In this document: positions 26,383 through 32,000 of the stretch, one piece after another
Numbering within the stretch: position 1 is the stretch's first letter
Layout: every line of letters begins with the position of its first letter
NCBI RefSeq assembly: GCF_000007985.2
Contig: NC_002939.5
Span: 2,970,001 to 3,002,000, forward strand
Direction of reading: 5' to 3'
Length of the DNA stretch: 32,000 nucleotides
Origin: Geobacter sulfurreducens PCA
GTDB taxonomy: Bacteria; Desulfobacterota; Desulfuromonadia; Geobacterales; Geobacteraceae
Position numbers and translations under genes: made by a program
The notes under the pieces: generated by a model
What the model was told of the DNA's origin: nothing
What the model saw: the letters and a program-made list of their open reading frames with translations, nothing else
The model's database searches: none

Positions 26383-26970
26383 CTATCCGAACGTGAGCAT
26401 GCCGGGGGCCAGGTGTACCGGCTCTCCCCGCAGCATGCATTCAATGGCTGCCCGGATCCGGTCCGGGCCAGGCGGACAGCCGGGAATGTAGCCGTCCACC
26501 GGAATCACCTGGTGGAGCGGCAGGGCCCGCGGCAGAAGCTGGGGCACTGCCGCATAGTCGAAGGCGGGCGAGGCCTCGCCGTCACAGCGAAAGGGATCCA
26601 GGGTCTCGGCAACGGTGAGAAGGTTGCGCATGGCAGTAACGTTACCGGTGATGGCGCAGTCGCCGAAACTGATCACGGTCCGGCTCCGCTGACGGATGAT
26701 ACCGGCCATGGCCAGATTCGCACGATTGGTTACCGCCCCCTCCACCAACGCCACATCCACGCCCGCCGGGAATTCCTTGGCATCCACGAACGGCCCGTAG
26801 ACCAGGTCGGCCGCCTGGGACAGTTCCAGGAGATACTCATCCAGGTCGAGGAAGCTCATGTGGCACCCCGAGCAGCCTCCCAGCCAGACCGTGGCAAGCC
26901 GGAGCCGGCCGCTGCCGATCAGTTCCATTCCTCCGGGCGCACCCCGTGTTATCCCCCCAGACGGCGTCAT
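26383..26970 (-). CDS. hoxY: [NiFe]-hydrogenase small (delta) subunit
   Basis: Start at ATG 26970, overlapping the hoxU stop (ATGA). [18 protein letters not shown] and IPGCPP are the Cys motifs of the proximal cluster. Confidence 0.9.
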   Translation of the reverse strand: MTPSGGITRGAPGGMELIGSGRLRLATVWLGGCSGCHMSFLDLDEYLLELSQAADLVYGPFVDAKEFPAGVDVALVEGAVTNRANLAMAGIIRQRSRTVISFGDCAITGNVTAMRNLLTVAETLDPFRCDGEASPAFDYAAVPQLLPRALPLHQVIPVDGYIPGCPPGPDRIRAAIECMLRGEPVHLAPGMLTFG

Positions 26971-27683
26971 CCTTCCCACTCCTTTTTCTCCCGCCCTTCC
27001 AGCACCCGGGCGAGCATGGTCGGGTCCTTGACCATCTCGCCGACCACCGCCCCCTTGAGGAACAGGGCACCGGTGGGGCAAACCTGAACGCACTTGCCGC
27101 AGCTGGTACAGGTGCCACTCTCCCGCCAGGAGCGATTCAGATCGGCGATAATTCGGCTTTTCACTCCACGCCCGGAGATGTCCCAGGTGTGCACCCCTTC
27201 GATCTCGTCGCAGACCCGGACGCACCGGGTGCAGAGAATGCAGCGGTTATGGTCCAGGCCGAAGCGTTCGTGGGAGAGATCCATGGTCAGCTTGGGCGAA
27301 AGGTATTCGTAGCGGACATGGTCGACCCCCATTTCGGCGGCCACCCGCTGCAACTCACAGTGGCCGATGGAGACGCAGACGGCACAGTAGTGGTTGCGTT
27401 CGGCGAGCATGAGCTCCACGAGCATCCGCCGGTAGTTCTCCAGCCGCTCGCTCCGGGTCCGCACCACCATCCCCTCGCGCGCCGGAGTGGTGCAGGCGGG
27501 GAGGGGCCGGGGGCTGCCCGCCACCTCCACGATGCAAAGCCGGCAGCCGCCCCGCTCGGAGAGCCCCTCCATGTGACAGAGGGTGGGGAGCGATATGCCG
27601 TGTTCCTTGATCACCTGGAGCAGGGTTTCCCCCTCGCGACCGCTGATCAGTTCGTCGTCGATGGTCAGAGTAATGACCGGCAT
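26967..27683 (-). CDS. hoxU: Diaphorase iron-sulfur subunit (NuoG N-terminal-like)
   Basis: Start at ATG 27683, sharing 1 nt with the hoxF stop (TGATG). 2Fe-2S motif C..GGCRLC...C. 4Fe-4S motifs [11 protein letters not shown] and [12 protein letters not shown]. Confidence 0.9.
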   Translation of the reverse strand: MPVITLTIDDELISGREGETLLQVIKEHGISLPTLCHMEGLSERGGCRLCIVEVAGSPRPLPACTTPAREGMVVRTRSERLENYRRMLVELMLAERNHYCAVCVSIGHCELQRVAAEMGVDHVRYEYLSPKLTMDLSHERFGLDHNRCILCTRCVRVCDEIEGVHTWDISGRGVKSRIIADLNRSWRESGTCTSCGKCVQVCPTGALFLKGAVVGEMVKDPTMLARVLEGREKKEWEG

Positions 27684-29395
27684 CAGCCTACCTCCCCAGG
27701 GACGCCGACGGCGTGCAGGAGTGCCTTGCCGCCGGGTCCGGGCTCCTGCTCGGCAGCCATGGTGCAGCGGCCCGCCGGGCAGCGGCGCTCGCGGATGTGG
27801 GCCTCGTATTCGTGCCGGAAGTAGCGCAGGGTGCTCACCACCGGGTTGGGCGCGGTCTGGCCGAGACCACAGAGGCTCGTGGCGCCCATCAGATCGCAGA
27901 GCTCCTCCAGCCGGCGCAGGTCGTCCGGCCAAGCGGTGCCGGAGGTTATGCGGCGCAGCAGCCGGTGCATCTCCATGCTGCCGACGCGGCACGGGATGCA
28001 CTTGCCGCAGCTCTCGTCCCGGCAGAAATCGAGGAAAAACGAGGCGACGTCGGGCATGCAGCTCGTCTCGTCCATGATGATAAGTCCGCCGGAGCCCATG
28101 ATGGTGCCGATCCGCTCCATACTTTCGTAATCGAGGGGGGTGTCCAGGTGTTCGGCCGGAATGCAGCCGCCCGAAGGGCCGCCCGACTGGGCAGCCTTGA
28201 AGCGCTTGCCGCCGGGGATTCCGCCGCCGATGTCGAACACCACCTCCCGCAGCGTGGTACCCATGGGGACTTCGATCAGGCCGGCGGTCTCCACCTGGCC
28301 GGCCAGGGCATAGACCTTGGTTCCCGGGCTCCGGGTCGAGCCGATGCCGGCGTACCAGGTGGCCCCGCGTCCGATGATAGCCGGGACGGTGGCAAGGGTC
28401 TCCACGTTATTGATGAGGGTCGGACACCCCCAGAGCCCCCGCTGGGCCGGATAGGGCGGCCGGTGCCAGGGCTGTCCGCGCCGCCCCATGATGGAAGCCA
28501 TGAGCGAGGTTTCCTCGCCGCAGACAAAGGCGCCGGCGCCGGTGCGGATGTCGATGCGGAAACTGAAGTTGCTGCCGAGCACCCGGCTTCCCAGGAGCCC
28601 CTTGCGCTCGGCGTCGCGGATGGCGGCCTCGAGCCGCCTTCCGGCCAGGTAGTACTCGCCCCGGACGTAGATGTAGCCCTGATCCGCGCCGATGGCGTAG
28701 CCGGCAATGGCCATTCCTTCCAGGATGCGGTGGGGGTCCGACTCCATGACGGAGCGGTCCATGTAGGCGCCCGGGTCCCCCTCGTCGCCGTTGGCCACCA
28801 CGTATTTCCGCTCGCCCGGCGCCTTGCGGGCCAGGTTCCACTTGACGCCGGCCGGATAGCCGGCCCCCCCCCGCCCCCGCAGTCCCGAAGCGGAGATCTC
28901 GCGACAGACATCCTCGGGGGTCATCTCGTGCAGGGCGTGGGCAAGGGCATCGTAGCCCCCCGTGGCCACATACTCCTCGATCCGCTCGGGGTCGATGGAA
29001 CCGCAGTTGGCCAAGACGATCTTCATCTGGCGGGTGAAATAGGGGTGATCCGGCGGCAGCGGCGAGGCCGTCGGCGGCCGGCGCCCCTTCACCACCGAGT
29101 AGAGAATCTGGCGGGCCAGTTCGGGGGTGACGCGCTCGTAGACGATCTCGGGTTTCCCCTGAACTGCCACTTTCACGAGGGGACCGCGGCTGCACGGCCC
29201 CATGCAGCCGGTGCTGACGGCCTCGATCTCCGCATCGAGCCGGCTCTCCTCCACCGCCTGGCGCAGCGCGTCCAGGACCGCCAGTGCGCCGGCGGAAAGA
29301 CAGGGGGTACCGGCACAGACCATGATACGGCACCGCAGCGCCTCCTGGCGGGCCTGTTCTTCCCGGGCCATGGCATGGAGATCGGCGGGGTTCAT
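27683..29395 (-). CDS. hoxF: Diaphorase NAD(H)/FMN-binding subunit (NuoF-like with N-terminal thioredoxin-like 2Fe-2S domain)
   Basis: 570 aa. [19 protein letters not shown] and the C-terminal [10 protein letters not shown] are present. ATG 29395 overlaps the hoxE stop (ATGA). Confidence 0.95.
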   Translation of the reverse strand: MNPADLHAMAREEQARQEALRCRIMVCAGTPCLSAGALAVLDALRQAVEESRLDAEIEAVSTGCMGPCSRGPLVKVAVQGKPEIVYERVTPELARQILYSVVKGRRPPTASPLPPDHPYFTRQMKIVLANCGSIDPERIEEYVATGGYDALAHALHEMTPEDVCREISASGLRGRGGAGYPAGVKWNLARKAPGERKYVVANGDEGDPGAYMDRSVMESDPHRILEGMAIAGYAIGADQGYIYVRGEYYLAGRRLEAAIRDAERKGLLGSRVLGSNFSFRIDIRTGAGAFVCGEETSLMASIMGRRGQPWHRPPYPAQRGLWGCPTLINNVETLATVPAIIGRGATWYAGIGSTRSPGTKVYALAGQVETAGLIEVPMGTTLREVVFDIGGGIPGGKRFKAAQSGGPSGGCIPAEHLDTPLDYESMERIGTIMGSGGLIIMDETSCMPDVASFFLDFCRDESCGKCIPCRVGSMEMHRLLRRITSGTAWPDDLRRLEELCDLMGATSLCGLGQTAPNPVVSTLRYFRHEYEAHIRERRCPAGRCTMAAEQEPGPGGKALLHAVGVPGEVG

Positions 29396-30012
29396 TGGCC
29401 TTCACCCTTGCGGCGGCGAACCGGGCGGACCGTTTCTGCGCGGGCCGGGCTCTTTTCCGCCAGCATGACCCGGACGGCGGCGGCGGCCGAATCGGGGGTA
29501 CAGCGCCCCACGGTTTCCCCGTCGAGGACCACAATGGGGGCCAGCCCGCAACTGCCGAGGCAGCGGACCGTCGACAGGGTAAGCTTGCCGTCGGCCGTGG
29601 TTTTACCGGCTTTCACGTCGAACTCGTTTTCGAGGCGCGTCACGATCTCGGCCGAGCGCTTCACATAGCAGGCGGTGCCGGTGCAGACCACGCAGGAGTG
29701 TTCGCCCCGGGCCTCAAGGGTAAAGAAATGATAGAAGGTGGCGACGCCATAGACGCGACTGGGCGGAACGCGGAGTTGCCGGGCCACATGGGTCATCAGC
29801 TCGTCGCTGAGGCAGCCGAAGGTCTCCTGGGCCACGTGAAGCACCTCCAGGAGCGCATCGGCCCGGTACTGATACTGTTTCAGGGTCCGCTCGACCACCT
29901 TGAAGCGCGGATCGGCGGCAAGCCCGTCGGGCGTGCCCTTCCCTGGCGAATTATCCGTGGAGTTCACGCTGTTCTCCTCTGCCGCAACGGGGTAATGGGC
30001 GATGACGAACAC
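29392..30012 (-). CDS. hoxE: Diaphorase 2Fe-2S subunit (NuoE-like)
   Basis: [12 protein letters not shown]...CLGSCGLAP. The maximal ORF starts at GTG 30012. GTG 29967 (VNSTD...) has GAGGAG 6 nt upstream and may be the real start. Confidence 0.85.
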   Translation of the reverse strand: MFVIAHYPVAAEENSVNSTDNSPGKGTPDGLAADPRFKVVERTLKQYQYRADALLEVLHVAQETFGCLSDELMTHVARQLRVPPSRVYGVATFYHFFTLEARGEHSCVVCTGTACYVKRSAEIVTRLENEFDVKAGKTTADGKLTLSTVRCLGSCGLAPIVVLDGETVGRCTPDSAAAAVRVMLAEKSPARAETVRPVRRRKGEGQ

Positions 30013-30071
30013 GCATCTTAACAGACCGTGGAATATGTGTGAAGCCTTATGCGTTCAAGGCGGCCGCGGGC

Positions 30072-31049
30072 TCAATAAAAGAACTCCCGCCGCGGTGGCC
30101 GGTAGAGGTGGGACACGTGCTCGCCGTAGCCATTGAAGATGACCGTGGGCCGTCGCTCTCCCGTGCCGAGCATTCGCTCGCTCTTCTGGGACCAGCGGGG
30201 ATGATCGACGTCCGGGTTCACGTTGGCCCAAAAGCCGTATTCGTCCGGACCCAGACTGCTCCAGAAGGTGGAAGGCTGCCGGTCGGTGAAACTGATCTCC
30301 ACGATGGACTTGATACTCTTGAAACCGTACTTCCAAGGCAGGACCAGACGAATCGGCGCCCCGTGCTGCTTCGGCAACTCCCGGCCGTAGACCCCCACCG
30401 CGAGGAAGGCCAGTTCGTTAGTGGCCTCGGCCAGGGTAAGCCCCTCATGGTAGGGCCAGAGGTCGGTTGAGAACAGGCCGCTCTGGTTGGGGGCCTGATC
30501 CTTGCGCAAAAATGAGAGGAACCGCAGATGGGTGGCACCCGGCAGCGGGTCGGCCCGCTTCACGAGCTCGGCCAGGGGAAAGCCGACCCAGGGAACCGCC
30601 ATGGCCCAGGCCTCGACGCAACGGTGACGGTAGGTCCGTTCCTCCAGGGGCATAGTCCGGACCAGTTCATCCACGTCGAAGACCTTGGGGTTCTTCACCA
30701 AGCCGGTCACCGAAATCTGCCAGGGGCGGGTGATGAATTGATCCACGTAACGCCAGACGTCCTTACCCGAGGTGAATTCGTAGAAATTGCAGTACATGGC
30801 CGCTTCCTGCCGGTCGGTGAGGGGCCTGTCCAGGGGGTAGCGCGCGTTGGGCCGCGCCGGCAGGGTCTTGAGGTTGACGAGGGTGCCGCCCAGTTCCCGC
30901 CGCTCCATGGCGTAGTTGGTACAGGCGTTCAGGAGGGGCCAGGCGTTGAGCCCGGCGAAACCGAGGGCCTTGAGGAACGTGCGCCGATTGAAGAAGGCCT
31001 CCTCGGGTGAAATTTCATGGGAAGGAAGGGTGAAGCGGCTGTTCTTCAT
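30072..31049 (-). CDS. msrP: Periplasmic molybdopterin-dependent oxidoreductase, MsrP/YedY family (protein-methionine-sulfoxide reductase catalytic subunit-like)
   Basis: 325 aa with Tat signal FFNRRTFLKALG. RHRCVEAWAMAVPWVGFPL (Mo-ligand Cys context), PWKYGFKSIKSI and the C-terminal DHPRWSQ...FNGY are colinear with E. coli YedY as recalled. RBS AAGGAG. Confidence 0.9.
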   Translation of the reverse strand: MKNSRFTLPSHEISPEEAFFNRRTFLKALGFAGLNAWPLLNACTNYAMERRELGGTLVNLKTLPARPNARYPLDRPLTDRQEAAMYCNFYEFTSGKDVWRYVDQFITRPWQISVTGLVKNPKVFDVDELVRTMPLEERTYRHRCVEAWAMAVPWVGFPLAELVKRADPLPGATHLRFLSFLRKDQAPNQSGLFSTDLWPYHEGLTLAEATNELAFLAVGVYGRELPKQHGAPIRLVLPWKYGFKSIKSIVEISFTDRQPSTFWSSLGPDEYGFWANVNPDVDHPRWSQKSERMLGTGERRPTVIFNGYGEHVSHLYRPPRREFFY

Positions 31050-31064
31050 AACCGTGCTCCTTCG

Positions 31065-31097
31065 CCGGAAAGGCGGGGGATTGCCCCGCCTTTCCGG
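31065..31097 (-). other. 14-bp GC-rich stem-loop between the cytochrome gene and msrP, with no U-tract
   Basis: CCGGAAAGGCGGGG (31065..31078) pairs with CCCCGCCTTTCCGG (31084..31097); loop 5 nt. On the minus strand it is followed directly by the msrP RBS. Confidence 0.5.
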
Positions 31098-31118
31098 CCT
31101 TCCGTCAGTCCGGCCCCG

Positions 31119-32000
31119 CTACCACGTCATGCTTCTCGTATGGTTCTCGTTGCCGATGTGGCAGGTGAACAGGCAGCTTCTCGTGGCCGGATCATAGTTC
31201 AGCGAATCGAGCAGGGTCGATGATGCCGGCCCTTCCATGGCCGAGGTCTGGAGATTCGTGAAGTGGGTGGTCGCCAGCTTAGTGGTGTCGTGACATTCGG
31301 AGCACACCAGCGTTATCTCCGTGTGGTGCCGCTTGTCGCCAGAAGAAAAGCTGTTGAACTGGGTGGTGCCGTAAGCATGGCACGAGGCGCAGTCGGTGCT
31401 GACATTGATCTGGCCGCTGGGCCAGGGTGGCGATGTCTGTCCGCCGTGGCAACTGACGTTCGAGCAGGTACCGGTGCCTGCATTATAGGCCGGTGCCCCG
31501 CCGTCCTTGTCCTGGAAGGTCGCCGACAGGACCACGTTGGCCGTCCCGTTGCCATGCAGAACGGTGGCGTAGCCGGCCCCGCTGTGACAGGAGCCGCAGG
31601 TCACGTTCGGGAAGAGATGCTCGGTGTGCTGCAGGTCCCGGTTCGGGAAGGTCGAACCCACCGGCGGGTTGCCGTGGCACGAGACACAGCCGGTCTGGAT
31701 GTTGAAGAGCCCGGTGCCGGAGTCCTTCACGGCAACGGCGTTGAAGTGGCAGACCGCGTTTACGCCAGCGATGTTCAGCCTGCTCGATCCCGAAACGCAG
31801 GAAGGAGCCACTCCGCCCGCGCCATCGAGATTGGCGCCATGGCAGAGCGTGCAGTAGTTGGTGACTGCGGTGCCGGCAGTGGCGAGGACGGCAAGGGTCG
31901 AGTGGCGCAGCTGGTTGGTCACGCCCTGGGTGGTTCCGCGCCCGATGAGCCAGGGGGTGGGATGGGCCGTTCGCGCTGTGTGGCAGGTCTCGCAACCAGC
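31119..32000 (-). CDS. Multihaem c-type cytochrome, C-terminal 293 codons (gene continues past window end)
   Basis: The frame stays open from position 32000 (AGCETCHTARTAHPTPW...). The track M at 31922 is an internal GTG. Haem motifs: CETCH, CTLCH, CVSCH, CGSCH, CASCH and CSECH, plus CSNVSCH (CX4CH), CLFTCH (CX3CH) and a possible CX15CH. Stop TAG at 31121..31119. Confidence 0.85.
   Translation of the reverse strand, partial: AGCETCHTARTAHPTPWLIGRGTTQGVTNQLRHSTLAVLATAGTAVTNYCTLCHGANLDGAGGVAPSCVSGSSRLNIAGVNAVCHFNAVAVKDSGTGLFNIQTGCVSCHGNPPVGSTFPNRDLQHTEHLFPNVTCGSCHSGAGYATVLHGNGTANVVLSATFQDKDGGAPAYNAGTGTCSNVSCHGGQTSPPWPSGQINVSTDCASCHAYGTTQFNSFSSGDKRHHTEITLVCSECHDTTKLATTHFTNLQTSAMEGPASSTLLDSLNYDPATRSCLFTCHIGNENHTRSMTW

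Noticed and set aside
30030-30058. Possible hox promoter on the minus strand (TTGAAC, 17-nt spacer, TATTCC) in the msrP-hoxE spacer.
   Set aside because: The -10 element lacks the conserved final T and matches poorly. I cannot separate it from chance, so it is left as a question under the msrP/hox finding.
1-32000. Window-wide search by eye for CRISPR arrays, IS elements or transposases, toxin-antitoxin pairs and known defence-system signatures.
   Set aside because: I found no regularly spaced direct repeats, no terminal inverted repeats flanking an ORF, and no nuclease, ATPase or methylase combinations. The only tandem repetition is the in-frame delta-60 coding repeat.

Overview
About 62-65% GC, densely coded chromosomal segment. 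It looks Geobacter/Desulfuromonadales-like: multihaem c-type cytochrome with CX4CH...CXXCH units, delta-60 repeat propeller protein, Hox hydrogenase. This taxonomic call is inference only; nothing was searched against a database. Left to right: a partial secreted protein; an orphan TAXI-type solute-binding protein; a stand-alone CheY-like response regulator; a ~42% GC islet with a 109-aa ORFan; a co-directional TetR-MFP-RND-OMF efflux operon with two matching palindromic operators; a Moco-type riboswitch with terminator heading a 7-gene operon (moaE-like, tupABC, moeA, moaC, mog/moaB); convergent pta and ackA; a 56-aa 2x[4Fe-4S] ferredoxin missing from the ORF track; a zinc-ribbon/DUF3426 membrane protein; a DUF1573 protein; a secreted MBL-fold protein with degenerate metal motifs; tRNA-Arg(CCG); an 864-aa seven-blade propeller/FN3 surface protein; sfsA; hoxEFUYH-hoxW (NAD-linked [NiFe] hydrogenase); an msrP/yedY-like periplasmic Mo enzyme with no msrQ; and a multihaem cytochrome c running off the window end. 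I found no CRISPR array, transposase, integrase or recognisable defence system. Most of the window is housekeeping redox and cofactor metabolism. The most unusual items are the riboswitch-gated W/Mo operon led by a divergent MoaE paralogue, the cytochrome-msrP-hox arrangement lacking msrQ, the low-GC ORFan next to the response regulator, a 28-codon hydrophobic mini-ORF in the efflux operon leader, and non-canonical haem motifs. All family names come from motif recognition and memory and need homology searches to confirm.
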